From Octopus sinensis (Eukaryota), in contig NC_043011.1 in NCBI RefSeq assembly GCF_006345805.1, positions 16,442,464 to 16,506,463 of the forward strand: 64,000 bases of DNA. The letters run 5' to 3'. This document shows, piece by piece, positions 12,905 to 26,334 of this stretch. The notes beneath the pieces are model-generated. The model was not told where the DNA came from, made no database searches, and was given only the letters and a program-made list of their open reading frames with translations. The position numbers and the translations under genes are program-made. Positions within the stretch are counted from its first letter, which is position 1. Each line of letters starts with the position of its first letter.

Positions 12905-13295
12905 TCTTTACTCTCTTTTACTTGTTTCAGTCATTTGACTGCGGCCATGCTGGAGCACCGCCTTTTAGTCGAGCAAATCGACTCAGGACTTATTCTTTGG
13001 AAGCCTAGTACTTATTCTATTTTACCGAACCGCTAAGTTACGGGGACGTAAACACACCAGCATCGGTTGTCAAGCGATGTTGGAAGGACAAGCGCAGACA
13101 CACAAACACACACATATATATATACATACATACGACGGGCTTCTTTCAGTTTCCGTCTACCAAATCCACTCACAAGGCTTTGTCGGCCCGAGGCTATAGT
13201 AGAAGACACTTGCCGAAGGTGCCACGCAGTGGGACTGAACCCGGGGACAGCTGGTTGGTAAGCAAGCTACTTACCACACAGCCACTCCCACGCCT
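12905..13295 (-). mobile_element. S2 SINE, near full length
   Basis: Head aggcgtgggagtggctgtgtggtaagtagcttgcttacc on minus strand, full tail at ~12905-12960. Confidence 0.85.
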
Positions 13296-14365
13296 ATTAA
13301 TAAAAACTATTTACTCATCGCATGAATTTATGTCATTAACTCATAATTCTTCTTACGCTACGCATGTTATTACTTTATTATTTCTCGTTTATTTGGTATC
13401 TCTTTTGTACTTATTACATCCATATAAAAAGGTGCAATGGTTCAAGAAGACGAATAGTTATATTCGAAACATTTTCGTACGTGGTACGTGGGAATCTTAT
13501 AATATTTTTGTGTGCGCTATGTATTTTCCAAATAAATCACAAAATAGGAATAAAAGAAAAAATGTTTCGTTAAATCTGCTGTCAAATCTAAATTCAGTAT
13601 GATTGTGTTTGGCTCTTTTTGGCGCTTATCGTCATACGCCTGCCTGGCCTCTAAAACAACAATTTTCGCAGAAGGTTATTTTATTACATCAATCCAATTT
13701 ACTTCCTTTTGTATACATTTTCTGCCTCACAAGAACAACTTATCTACAAAATCAAATAGACCGTGTAAATTTATTTATGATTTGGGACTATTTTGAGACG
13801 CAAAGCGATAAAATATTTTGTCGCTCGAAAAAATAATAAAAATAAAAATAAGTCTGTAGATCACAATCGGAGTTAATCATCCGTATTCATGTGAACACCT
13901 TATGTTTGATGTTCAAACACCGACTAGAGACAATCTTCTTTTATTAACTACTGAAAATATCCCTATTATCACAAACAGATATTTCTATAAATACTAAAGA
14001 TTCAATTTTATACGTAGTTTATACATTTTGTGTATTAGGACACAGGTTGTATGAAAGATTTAGTTTACCAAAACAAAATAATTCCCAATGAATTATTCTG
14101 TATCTGGAGACATACGAATTAAAGAATGTAAATGTAATATCCCTATACATCAACTAAGAGAACACCATGCTGTTAGAAAGTGGGTACAAGAGTCATATCT
14201 CTATAAGTGTACATAGACAGGGAACATCACTGGAAAATACAAAAACATATGAATACGAAGAAGCCGCACATATGCTAGGACACAACAACTTCCGAAGCAG
14301 ACCGAGTGCAGAAATGAATAGCATGAAGGAACGGTATTAAGGAAGGATAGAAAAATATTGCCCAC

Positions 14366-14522
14366 GGGCATATGGCGTAGTGGTTAAGGGCGCGGGCTAC
14401 TAACACCAAATTCGATTCCAGGCTGTGACCTGAATAACAACAATAATAATAAGAACATCAAAAAATACCTTAGGAATGAGAACCTAGGTTCGAAATTTCC
14501 CCAAGGCACCTGATGAAGGTTG
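14366..14522 (+). mobile_element. tRNA-like head + (AAT)n + truncated HHR-bearing tail
   Basis: A-box tggcgtagtggttaagg, degenerate B-box aattcgattcc, then ...ccaaggcacCTGATGAagg matching the family at 18270-18650. Confidence 0.6.
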
Positions 14523-15286
14523 TCGTTGGTGGAGCTATTATTGGTTATAGTAGACGAAGTTGTTGTTATTATTTTTATCATTATTAACGTTACCATGGTG
14601 CTGCTACTGTTTCCGTTAAGGTTGCTGCCGTTGGCATTATTACTGCCATTCTTGCTATTGATGTAGTTACATTAAAAGCTGCTGCGACTCACGTTGCCCT
14701 CCCACTGGGCATCTGCTGTAGTCCCTGCATGAGCATCTCGCCACCATTCGTGGCTTAGGGGTGTGATTGCTTAAAGTGCTTATCTACTAACCTAAGGAAT
14801 ATTTTACGCTAAGGGAGAAGAGGGCAAACCAACTGATATTTCGACCGCCTTTCTTTCCGCGGGTGTTAGGGCCCGGTATGTAGGAGATGCGAACTCTAAA
14901 CCAGCTAGAAGCTATGACCTCGTTATTGTAGGGGGGTGCTTCGTCGAAAGTTTCTTGGCTAGAGAACAGGTTCTAGATTCTCTTGCTGACATCTTCCAAA
15001 ATGGAAGCCTTTGGACCCTGCATACACTCCAGGCAATTCCTACAGAAAACTTAGGACCTGGAAGCTGAGTGGGTAGATTCCGGATAGTGGTCTGAGAGAG
15101 ATAATCCCTTGAGCTTGGCCTTTCTTCTTTGTCTATGTCTTCAATAACTAACCCTCGAGGCCTTTTCCTCTTCCGTTTTGCAGAGAGGTTATAGGCCGCC
15201 GGCCTTTAAGGTTTGACCGTTGTAAAGCTAAGCGGTTTATGGACGTGAAACCCTGGGTAACTGCATAAACCAATCATAACTATTTA

Positions 15287-15322
<36 letters not shown>

Positions 15323-15331
15323 ATATATATA

Positions 15332-15402
<71 letters not shown>

Positions 15403-15722
15403 TACATACATATATATATATATATATACATATATATACATTAGCGCCACTGGTATTTATATCGCACTGACTTCACAGCTATCTTTCTTTCTCTCTTTTT
15501 CGAGTTCTCCCTCTGTTTGTTTGTCTGTCGGCTCTCTCACCCCTCTCTCTCTTTCTCTCTCCCCAATCCTGATTTTAGGGAAGTAGCGAATTAGAATTTG
15601 CTGCTTTTGTTTGTTTCCTGCCACGATGTCTGATGTGTATGTAACCATATAGATAGGAAAAGATTAAAGGCACCAAACTGGCAGAGACGTTAGCACGCCG
15701 GGCGAAAAGCGTAACCGTAAAA

Positions 15723-15910
15723 ATGATGGCAATTTTTTTTTTTTTATCGTAGACTCATCGTAGACGCGCGCTAGTACCCAAAAGGGCTCGATATGAATCA
15801 CGACTTTAAGATACCCGCTTTTCGTTAAACTGCACCGCCAAATGTGGGAGTAGTTAGGAATCTAAATCGTAGGAGACAGACACACAACTTCACTTTCATA
15901 TATAAAGATT
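15723..15910 (-). mobile_element. Partial non-autonomous Helitron, same family as 43916-44212
   Basis: Reverse complement of the 5' part of 43916-44100 (atctttatatat..gtctgtct..gatttagattcctaactactcccac). Confidence 0.7.
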
Positions 15911-15949
15911 TACTGAACTTACTTGTTAACCTAATTAAGACTGTTTGCT

Positions 15950-16660
15950 TTTTCATCAAATTTTGGTAGAATGAATTGTTTTGTTGTAAATTTACTTTCG
16001 TGAAGATGGATATATTTTAAAATTTTGTTTCTCAATGTGTGTAATTTTCTTTATGGTGCGCTGTTGAATTGTTTTCGTCTTCTTGTGTTGCAGTCTGTGA
16101 TTTTATTTCTGTTGATTTTGTGTTAAACTAATTAAAGATATTTCATATATTTACATCTCTGTAGCAGACTCGGAATGTCATATTATAAATAGTCTCTCAC
16201 GGTCGAGTAACTTTTGCCAATGTGTTGAATTTTGCTTAGATCAAGAACGAAAAGTTTACTAGTTTCTTTATGGTGGTGAAATTATTTGTGGCTTGCTGAA
16301 TTTTCCACTTAAACTAATTTAATATTTCTCTTTGCTTAATTCAGAATTTTGGAATATCTGGGTGTTTTTTTTTCTTTGTTTCATTTGCACACTTTTAGAT
16401 TCATTTGCTTGTAAACAGCTGTACCAAAATAATCTGGAGACAAACCCATCCCTGTGTTTCGCTTATAACTGTATTTTAATATCTTATAATTATATTCATC
16501 TGCACAGAAACGCTCGTTGAGTAATGTTGCTTCGTGAAACGCTTCCAATATATTTTATGAGAGAAAAATAACCGCGTTATTTTGTACATAGGCGTCTTTG
16601 GCGGGTGCTTGTTCATCCCTTTGGAGATATGAAAAAGTAACGCTTAACGTGAAAGGATTC
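15950..16660 (-). mobile_element. Possible heavily decayed Penelope-like (GIY-YIG) remnant
   Basis: Only patchy resemblance to the 27500-28480 element; many stops. Confidence 0.25.
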
Positions 16661-16895
16661 GTGTGCTGTAGCTCTGGTTACTATTGCAACGTCGCCAATT
16701 ATTGTAGCATCGCCACTGCTTATGACGATACCTGTTTATACTATAACCATGTTGTAACAAAAAATATATAACGAAGCTGGGTAAACAACAACGTAGCAAT
16801 CCAACAAATTTTTCATGAATTATACACGAGCCATTAAACGATATTCCTACAAACTACCAAAAACGACACCCTAGGACTTCCTGCAATTAATGTCT

Positions 16896-16899
<4 letters not shown>

Positions 16900-16931
<32 letters not shown>

Positions 16932-18135
16932 ACACTCAGACCGCTACTATTTATAGTCGTTCGGTTAAGTCTAATCTTGCAGAGGATGTCCTGACTCCCG
17001 CCACCACATTTCCCCTTTTGATATTTCGACTTCCATACGAAACGAAAATTATTTTTTTCTTTTTTCTTTCCAACACTTCTCCCTTTTTGAAATGTTCCTT
17101 CTCCACGGAATTCATCACCTTTTTCCGCTTAGGAATTATTTCTAAATGTTCAGTTAGTTTACGTTTTATGTTGCTGCTCCTTCTAGGTTGAATCTCTTTC
17201 GGTGCTGCCACATCGAATATGTAAAACACTTCCAATGGAACTTCCTTCTTTCCTTCTGTATGTCTAGTTTTCAATTGATTTAGGTGTGCTTAAGCTCCCA
17301 TCGTTTGCCTTTTTATTAAATACATAATCATTCCAATTCTTTTAGTCACTACACCATTCTGCCAACTCTCTTTACTGTTCTAGCACACTTTAAGATGGAC
17401 TTTGTCTCCGACATCAAAATGTTTAGTTGGATTTTTTCTACTTTCTCTACACGTTTTTATCCTTGTCAACAATTTGCTGGCAATCAATTCTATCTTTCGA
17501 GCAAGCATTAGCTCTGCAGGTGACTTTACTGAACAGGTAGTTGAATTGAGCATTATTTTATACACCCTTAAGAATTTAATCAGCTATTCGTCATTTCTTA
17601 ACTTGTTCGTTGCTTCTTTTTAGTGATCGCTTGAAAATATTTACGAATCGTTCTGCTTGCCAATTTGACTTCGGCTGGTAGGGCAGGGTAAACATATGTA
17701 TAACTGCATACATTTTGCAGAATGTCTTCAACTCGTATCCTGCAAACTGTGTTCCATTGTCCGATACTATGGTCTCCGGAACATCGTATAGAGCAAAATG
17801 TTTGTGCAGGGACTTTATTATAGCATTCGAGGTAGGTTGAATGCACCTACATACTTCCGGTCATTCACTGGTCCAGCATAGTCTATATGTACCCTGGACC
17901 ACGAACTGTCTCAGAGCACGATTGGTATTACACTGGTGGTGCCTTGGCTGCTAGCACACAATTTTTACATGATTTCACCAAATTTTCAATATCCCGGTCC
18001 CTTGTCGGCCACAACACGTAACTCCTAATCAAAGTTTTTATTCTTGACACCACTATGAAATTCATGTAATACGCATTTCTGTAGTGCGGTTGGTAATACC
18101 ACTCTTTGTGCATACATTAATACATCGCCGCAGAG
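16900..18135 (-). mobile_element. Gypsy-type LTR retrotransposon integrase remnant
   Basis: Integrase Zn-finger region RIKTLIRSYVLWPTRDRDIENLVKSCKNCVLAAKAPP (17928-18113), SPAELMLARKI..HFDVGDKV (17380-17565); frameshifted. Confidence 0.8.
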
Positions 18136-18269
18136 TGAAAAATGATTCACATTCGTGTTTCTGTTTTTTTTTCAAGATTTCCTTCGTTTTTACTACGCAT
18201 TTATCCTCCGCTGATTTACTTTTATATCTTGTACAACCACTGGCAATTCTTGAATGACATCAAATATAC

Positions 18270-18338
18270 TCTCCAGCCTTCTTCAGGTGTCCTGGGGAAA
18301 TTTCGAACCTGGGTTCTCATTCCTAAGGTATTTTTCGA

Positions 18339-18378
<40 letters not shown>

Positions 18379-18650
18379 GTTGTTGTTGTTGTTGTTATTA
18401 TTGTTATTATTTTTATGCATAATAATAATAATAATAATAATATAATTATAATAATAATAAGAAGAAGAATATCGAAAAATACCTTAGAAATGATAACCCA
18501 GGTTCGAAATTTCTCCCAGGAAACCTGAAGAAGACTGGACAGTATATCAGCCGAAACGTTGTGTTAACAACAAACAAAATGAGGACAAATATCCGTCGAA
18601 TGTAAATAATGTAAATAATGTACATAATTCCTCATCTCTCAAATATAGAA
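18270..18650. repeat. Inverted pair of an HHR-bearing repeat around an (ATT)n/(AAT)n spacer
   Basis: 18270-18340 is the reverse complement of ~18468-18540; plus copy continues aaac-CTGAAGA-A-gactg..cagcc-GAAAC-GT-T-gtgtt (18521-18565). Confidence 0.75.
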
Positions 18651-18739
18651 CTGTAATATTTTGTTTGTATGTATGTATGCATTTATGTATGTATGCATGT
18701 ATGTATCTACCGTGTTGATATATATATAGTTTCTTTCAG

Positions 18740-19000
18740 TCTCCGTCAGCCAATATATGTATATGCGTTTGTGTATGTATCCGTGTGTCTTTGAGACTGC
18801 GTTTGTCTGTCACTACCGCTTGACAACCGGTGTTGGCGTGTTTAAGTTCCAGTAACTTAGGAGTTTCGGTAAAAGTAGCCGATAGAATAAGTACCAGGCA
18901 TTAAAAATATAGTACTGGTGGCAATTCTTTTAACTAAAGTCTTCCAGAGTTGTGCACCAGCATGGCTGCAGTCTAATGACTGAAACAAGTAAAAGAAGAA
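18740..19000 (+). mobile_element. S2 SINE 3' half, diverged
   Basis: cgcttgacaaccggtgttggcgtg..gatagaataagtacc..cagcatggctgcagtctaatgactgaaacaagtaaaag. Confidence 0.7.
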
Positions 19001-19439
19001 ACATACAGAAATATACGTAATTACATTTGATTGCGTGTGTTTGTGCTTATATGAATCAACATTGAGAAGATAACGAGAATTGAGTTGCTATCAAAGGTAA
19101 TGTTCAAAAGAAATATATCACTTTCTTGTAGAGTTGTCAGTTAATATTAGCTACAAATCTAAATATTGAAATCAAAGAAACATGAAATATTTAGTATAAA
19201 ACACACATATGAATATTAAAGCAAAAACAACGAAGGAAAAAAAATGTACGGGAAATTTATTCTTCAATTCAAATTCTACCACAGAAAAATGGTCAGAATT
19301 CGCTATTGAAATTGACTCATATTTCATAACTCTATTCTTCCTTAGTTCCTTAATCTGTATCTTGTTACTACTATAGATTTCTCGAATTTTTTTCCCGTTT
19401 GTCTTGATTTATATATACATTCACACACACACAAACACA

Positions 19440-19605
19440 TACACACACATACACACACATGCACACACACATATGCATGTATATGTGTCTTTATAATGCT
19501 ATATATATATATTCATACATACATACAATCATAATATATATATATATATATATAATATATATATACACATACAATCATATATATATATATATATATATAC
19601 ATACA

Positions 19606-19651
<46 letters not shown>

Positions 19652-19815
19652 CATATATATATATATATATATATACAACAATCATATATATATATATATA
19701 TATATACATACAATCATATATATATTATATATATATACATACATCATATATATATATATATATATATAACATACAATCATATATATATATATATATACAT
19801 ACAACCATATATATG
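19440..19815. repeat. (TA)n-based compound microsatellite with recurring catacaatc cassettes
   Basis: Direct reading. Confidence 0.9.
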
Positions 19816-20452
19816 TGTGTGTCTGTATGTATGCGCTGTGTGTGTGTAAGTATTTATGTATGTATATGTACCCATTTACGTAGTTGTAATTGCACATATA
19901 TATGTATAAATGCTTACATACACATACACTCTCAAATATATAAAGACACGTGTGGATTGTTTTATGCATAATGAACAGGTCAAAATAACGTTCCTGTTTT
20001 TATTGAACTTATAACCCATTCACTTTATACAAACATCTGTTCGTTTTAAGAACGTAATATTTGTTCATATAACAACTACAGCAGTTCATTTCCGTTACTT
20101 AATTTGAAAAAATACACGCAATTTTCTGCAGGAATTTGAGGAAAATCTCAACAGCTTTCATTGCAAATTATATGTAGTTACAGAATGGTCGGACTAAATT
20201 GGATGATTTTTATGTCCTCTTTTTTCAGGAGAAACTTCATATATTGGTAAATAGACAACGGTTTTGAAGAACATAAAGACAGAATTTATAGTTGAGAAAA
20301 AGTTAGCTGGCATTGACGTCTGGAAGTTATCTGAATTTTGGAAAAGTGTTAACTGTAAACTGATAATTCGCGTCTGGTATCAAAATGCCGACATCATGAC
20401 CGCGGCTACGTAAGACGTGACATGGACAGCTGCAACAGAGACTATGAAACAG

Positions 20453-21440
20453 TTACCTAAGAGCTTTTGGGTAAACAACATTCTTTATTTTCTGGTTTGG
20501 AGCATAGACAAATAAGACTTGCAAACTACCAACCCCGGTGCAAATAACATAAAGTTGACCATGAGAAAAGCAAGTCTCAATTATGTGCAAGCCAGTAGAT
20601 TTCAAAGTCTGACCTTGAGCTTTATTAATAGACGATGCAAAGCAAAGTTGCTCTAGAAATTGTGTTCGTTTGAACTCAAATGGCATATCTGTGAGTTTGA
20701 CTTGAATTCTTGGAAAAACCTCTTTCCCACAGGCCCATCCAGTGATTTTAGTAACTTCTATCCCATTAGGTGATTATATGCCTTCACAATCAGCCTTGTC
20801 CATCTGCATAATTATTTTTTGCCATTTTCAAACCTAGCCAGGCTCATGGGCCTGGTTTCCTGGTTTCTGCGGCGAATGTGTTCTCCCCCAGCTGGACGGG
20901 ACGCCAGTCCATTGCAGTGTTACTCAAGAAACAGGAAGAGAGAGTGAGAGAAAGTTGGGGTGAAAGAGTACAACAGGGGTCGCCACCACCCCTGCTGGAG
21001 TCTCGTGGAGCTTTTAGGTGTTTTCGCTCAATAAACACACACAACAACGCCCGGTCTGGGAATCGAAACCACGACCCTCCGACCACGGGTCCGCTGCCCT
21101 AACCACTAGGCCATTGCGTCTCCACATTTGCATAATTTAGGAAGATCTAAATTTCTTAGTAGCATTATTAGGACTCCTACCTTCAGAAAAATTTTATGTG
21201 GAGTAATTTCATGTGGCTCAAGAGAATTAAGGAACTCTGTTCGGTAATAGAAAGCTTGATTTTCTTCAAGGATTGAATCAGCTGATTTGTACTCCTTAAT
21301 GGCTGTTGGAACCTTATTCCTTAATTAATTCATGGCTAATCCTTGCTACTGTGTCATTTTCGGAGCAAGAAGTGCCTTTTCGTACAACCATTTATGGGAA
21401 TTATTATTATTACTTAAGCCTGAAAATACCCTGTTCTTCA
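20453..21440 (-). mobile_element. Helitron RepHel PIF1-like helicase C-terminal fragment, interrupted by a SINE
   Basis: PFEFKRTQF..CFASSINKAQGQTL..CFSHGQLYV..KNVVYPKAL (20453-20686); LKVGVLIMLLRNLDLPKLC (~21130-21185). Confidence 0.88.
20828..21126 (-). mobile_element. tRNA-derived SINE family S4 inserted in the Helitron fragment
   Basis: Minus strand tgtggagacgcaatggcctagtggttagggcagcgg..ggtttcgattccc; same head as 58631-58942. Confidence 0.8.
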
Positions 21441-21559
21441 GTTCAGGGTATTTCCTTGCAGTTTCCTTGCAGAAATTGCCAAATCTATAGACCTGCACAA
21501 AGCTTAATGCTAACAAACAGCAGCCATCACCACTCACGGGAAACAGATTAATAGGGGAA

Positions 21560-22100
21560 GGCGACCAGGTTAAGACGAAGGCAACAATAGGTCACATAAT
21601 TTCTAGTCTGCATTCACCATGAGACTGGGAGATGCAAGTGAAACTAAAGAGTCGACTTATCTTCCCAGAGTAATTATTGGTAGAATGACGTCAACTGGAC
21701 TCGTTCCTGAACTCCAAGAGTTAAAAAACAATCATTCAATTATCGTGTCTGAACGCAGAGTGCCCTGGAAGAACAAACTCAACATCTCACGCCAACTAAA
21801 GAAAACAAACATTAACACTTGGTTGATAAGGCCCGCGTCATCGCATGGAAAAATGCCTCGTTCTCAGCTGATGGTGGCTGCCTTCCAGCAAAGCATGGTG
21901 CACAATTACCTGCAGAAAGTTATTTTGGAACCGAAACGTCTGAAAAAAGGCACCAAACATATGGGCATAATAGATAAAACCAGCTCAAGACGGTTGTGAT
22001 TTACAAGGAGCTGCAAGTGGAATCCTTCCGCAAGCGAAGTCTAATTTGTTCCTCACAGCCCAACTCAGGTGAAGTGTACAAGATAAGTAGTAAAACGTTG
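21560..22100 (+). mobile_element. Probable decayed RTE-like LINE 3' fragment
   Basis: MRLG..LPRVIIG..RRVPWKNKL..QLKKTNINTW loosely follows the RTE thumb consensus; weak. Confidence 0.3.
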
Positions 22101-22379
22101 GTAACCCTGAGATACCTATTCATGATACGGCAGGGTTCCTGACACTGCGATGGTTTCAGAATAGCTTGCAATACAACAGAACAGCTTCTGTAGTATGTAG
22201 TTTCTGCATGTGGAAAAGCATCTTCGATGTTTATTTTGCCTTTTATATGACCTTTATTTAAGTATCTGGTGTGTGTGTGTGTGTATTTGCATTTATTGTA
22301 ATTTTGAGAATCCTCAGACAGCATATCCGTGAGGCTGTTAGCTGTTTCCTGTTTCGTAAATGTTACAGCTAAACATGTA

Positions 22380-22800
22380 TGCATTGTTTGATTCTTACAT
22401 AATAAATTTGCTGCAGTGCCTCTTACAGCATTAGAAGGCACACAAGTTGGTTTTACTTTCTGAAGAAAATGTCCATTGTAGTCTGAAGGTATGTTCTTCC
22501 GCAACTATATGTCATAAGGGACATTTCCAGCTTAAGAAAGTAATTGCTGAAATACTTGTCAAGATTTTGTTGAAAGTCAATAGAACAATTTTCTTTGATA
22601 TCTTTATGGAAGAAAAGTTTAAAGAGTGAAAACCAAGGCCATAACAGTTTATTACTTATACTGACAGAGAGGTGTCCGCATCTCCCAATTTATTTTTACA
22701 GCAATTATTTGCTCCTCAAACATCCAATAGAGTTCAAAGCACACAAATACAAAATGGAGTTACCGATGCTTCATCTTCAAGGACGGTTGAATTAATTATA
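22380..22800 (-). mobile_element. Probable CR1/L2-like LINE 3' end remnant
   Basis: KDIKE..DFQQNLDKYF..KPTCVP..RGTAANL resembles the LP.DIR..FK..LDKFL..PD.P..AASNSL C-terminus. Confidence 0.4.
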
Positions 22801-25464
22801 TTTCTGTCATGAATCCCTACAATCCATCATCAAATACGAACAAGGTTCTTTGTACAGGAGTTCGTTTATAGGTGTTGTACACTGTACCAACAATAATTCG
22901 CTGAACATTATAACTGTGATGACAGATTTAAAAGACATTTTTTTTCTGAATCTTTATGTTCATTTAATAAAGTCTCGGAATAAAATTATCCACTCCTTTC
23001 CAGTTTCACGGTCACACTGTTTTTTTTTTTTTTTTTCACAGAATACATAATTGTATGGAATATGGGAACGTTATAGCTTTCTCGTATTTTCATTAAAATA
23101 ACCGAGTGTAAAAGGATGTAATATGAAGTGTATTCCCTCTTGAGTTCTATCCAGTGCACTTCTTTCATCACTTTCATCTAAATGCCACAACTGATATGCA
23201 TGAAAGTAACATGGCTAAGTGAATGTGAACATGATTTGTCGTGTGTTTGAACCGCTAGCATGCGTTACATGTCCTCTGGGCAATAAATATATCATGCATC
23301 AATATGATGGGTAATTTCATCGCATTTCGTTCCCAGTGTGCTCGGATATAATTATATACGCCGCACATGAACATTTACATAGAAATGACAGATTTAATTT
23401 GTGGTTAGATTTCTATATTAATATGTCAAAATATCATATAAATACCACATTTATTCAATAGAACAGTATATCACTAACCTAATGCAGAATGAATTTCTTA
23501 TTCACTATCCAATATTCGAGTTCAGATACACTGAAAGCTCTTCTTCTTTTGGTTATAATTAATGAAAGAAGTGTTTTCCTCCATGGAAATTTATATTTTG
23601 TTCAATGCAAGGACCATACATCATGGACTTAGTTTTACAATTGAGGGTTATTGATATGAACTCGTTCTTGAATTTTTATTATATATGAATCTGGTTAATG
23701 TTGGTGTTTGGAAATCATCAAAATGCTCTGAAATTTCTCAGTGAGCCTTAGAAATCAGTTAAATTAGTGTTCAACCAATTTGACCTGCTTTAGGCCTTAC
23801 ATATTAGCTCATCCATAAAAACACGATACCACTCAGCATTCAAGGCACAATTTTTTTTGTTTCAACCGAGAAATTTGAATAGGTCATCATTACTGAAACA
23901 GAAAAGGCCAAGCAGTTTCCTAGTTTCACCTTTATATATGGCTTAAGTAACAGCCCTGAAATATTTGGCCGTTTATTGTTCCCAACAATGGAATCTATTT
24001 TTGCTTAGAAACAACCTAGCTTGTCAAGGGGAAAACATCGGATCATAGACCGGCCAAGTGATCCAAATTTACGATTAAAATGTTTAAGTTAACCGCCGAA
24101 AATTCTACATTCTGCTTTCGATAAACACCGAAATCATTATTAAAGCTAAAGTCTCCTTCAATGATCCGAACTACTATGTATATTTCGTTTATTGTACATA
24201 AGCTATAACTCGTTTTAAAATTACAGACCTCGTTAAACGTTATATATTATATAAAAGATACCTTTCATTACATGTTTGTTTGTTTTTTACTGCAATTAAA
24301 TGCATCAATGTGTTTTTAAAAGTATGCTAAATTACCAATTAATTCCACGTTATGATCTCAGTACCTTGCCGAGAAAGGCGCATAAAATTGTTTGGAAGAG
24401 GAAGGTGCATGAAATGGTGAGATTGAGGAAGGTGCATGAAATGGCCTTTATATTTAATATCGACTATATCCGAATATCAGCAACTTGATAATTATGTGAG
24501 CATGTGTTCGAAAGCATTCTGTTCTTATTTCTAAAAGCTCTGAAATGTTTTCTCCTAAAGTCGCAATTTAAGTTGTTCCATATTATGATTTTTTTTCTTG
24601 TTCTACGCTGATTGTTTATTATTGATTTTGAGTCTCACCCACACGCGACGTGTATTAAGATATTTACTATTTCTTATCCCTTTAATTTTCTTCCAGAATT
24701 TTTTGTATTATTCTTTCATATTTGTCCAATTTTAGTTTCCTTTTTTTTTTTCGTAGTTTCACTTGGATATATCTGAAAATCTCTGTTTCTCAAATCTTTC
24801 CTGCTAATTTTTTTTCCACCTGTAAACACATCCAGATGCTTTTGAGCTACTCTCATTCTTAGGTTAGTTCTTATTTCATGTGTGCTATCATATATATTTG
24901 TGTTATTCCAATTGAGTATTTGCTATCATGATCGCAACTTATATCGGCGTTTTCGATACACTTAGCATTATTCTGATATCTTATGTGGTGTAGCAGTTGA
25001 TTTTATTTAATAAATATAGCTGTTTTTATAATAAACGAAAATTTTCAAACCAAGCAAGTTCAACATGATCTATGACTTTCAACTTTTCTGATTCATGTAA
25101 ATATATACATATAATACTGTCAAGAAGGTAATATTTCGGACGCAATATAACCATGAAAACAGCAGAAAGACCGGGTATTATTACCTTTATACTCCGGAAA
25201 AAGTTGTCAACAGACAGCCACGGGACTCGAATCTCCAGCCCTTGGGTACCGGCTGAGTAGTGATCATTATGCTAAACCACCACTGACAACAATCTCCGCC
25301 AAATTAAGTGCTAAATTCATAACTTTTAGGAATGCAACAGCACCGTATATAAACAAACCTTATATGCATAGTATTGTATAGACAAACGAGTAATATTTCG
25401 AACACAGTGTAGCTATGAAAACAACAGAAAATTTGGGTATCCTTACCCTTATCAAACGAGGAAA

Positions 25465-26334
25465 TACGTGGTCTAATCAATAAGTATCCGGAATATTGCC
25501 ATAGAAACAACGCTACAACACGCTGAGTGAAGCCGCTTGTCACAGATTCACCTTGAACTTTGTTGTGCATGCGCACTAAGCTTTAACGTTCTAGCTCACT
25601 ACGTGTGTAGAGTGTGTTCGTCACATTCACTATAATAGAGAAAGTTGAGTAGAGAATCTGCATCAAATTTTGCCAAAAGCTTGGCGATACCTGTTCATAG
25701 ACGCACGCAGAGTTTTCAAAAAAGTTTCATCTTTCTCGACACAATCAAGGAGATGTTGTGCAGCGGAAACCCGAGTGTCTTTTTGGTCAGCTGAAAGTAG
25801 TTTTGGCTCAAAGCTGGCAGACACGCGTCTTAATGCCAAATCTTCTGTAATAATGGACTGCACTGAACGGTAACTAGTCTGCACATCCTCTGATAACTCA
25901 CGGATGGTGATTCGACAATTTCTCTTTAGAGCTGCACGTACATCTGTAATATTTTTCTCAGTTCTGCTGGTTGCGGGTCTCTGAGAACTTTCGTCAGAAT
26001 CGACATTTTTTCTTCTATCTTGGAAATGTCTGAAACCTTCGTGCACTTGTGTGCTGCTCACACTCACCCCTTCATACACCTTTTGCAACTTTACTTAGGC
26101 CCCTGAGTAGTTATCGTTATGACAACTTTCTCTGTTATGGTCAATGCGAAGATCACACGCTACACACGTTTATTCCAAGTACTGTTGTAAGCGGCAGAAT
26201 TGGGCTAGAACGTGAAAACTTAGTGCACATGCACAGCGGAGCCCAATGTTAGTCTGTGCCGAGGAGGTTCACTCTGCGTGCCATAGCTTCGATACTCTTC
26301 TAGCAGTCCGGATACTTATTGATCAAACATCGTA
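25465..26334. mobile_element. Non-autonomous mariner fold-back made of two inward-facing left ends
   Basis: TIRs tacgtggtctaatcaataagtatccgga (25465) and tccggatacttattgatcaaacatcgta (ends 26334); minus ORF 25663-26088 with mariner HTH (SQRPATSRTEKN..RITIRELSE..KLLSADQK); plus-strand RICIKFCQKLG at ~25653. Confidence 0.8.

Noticed and set aside
21619-22504. ORFs 21619-21999 (+) and 22001-22504 (-) as host genes
   Set aside because: No recognisable domain or splice structure; partial resemblance to LINE 3' ends explains them better.
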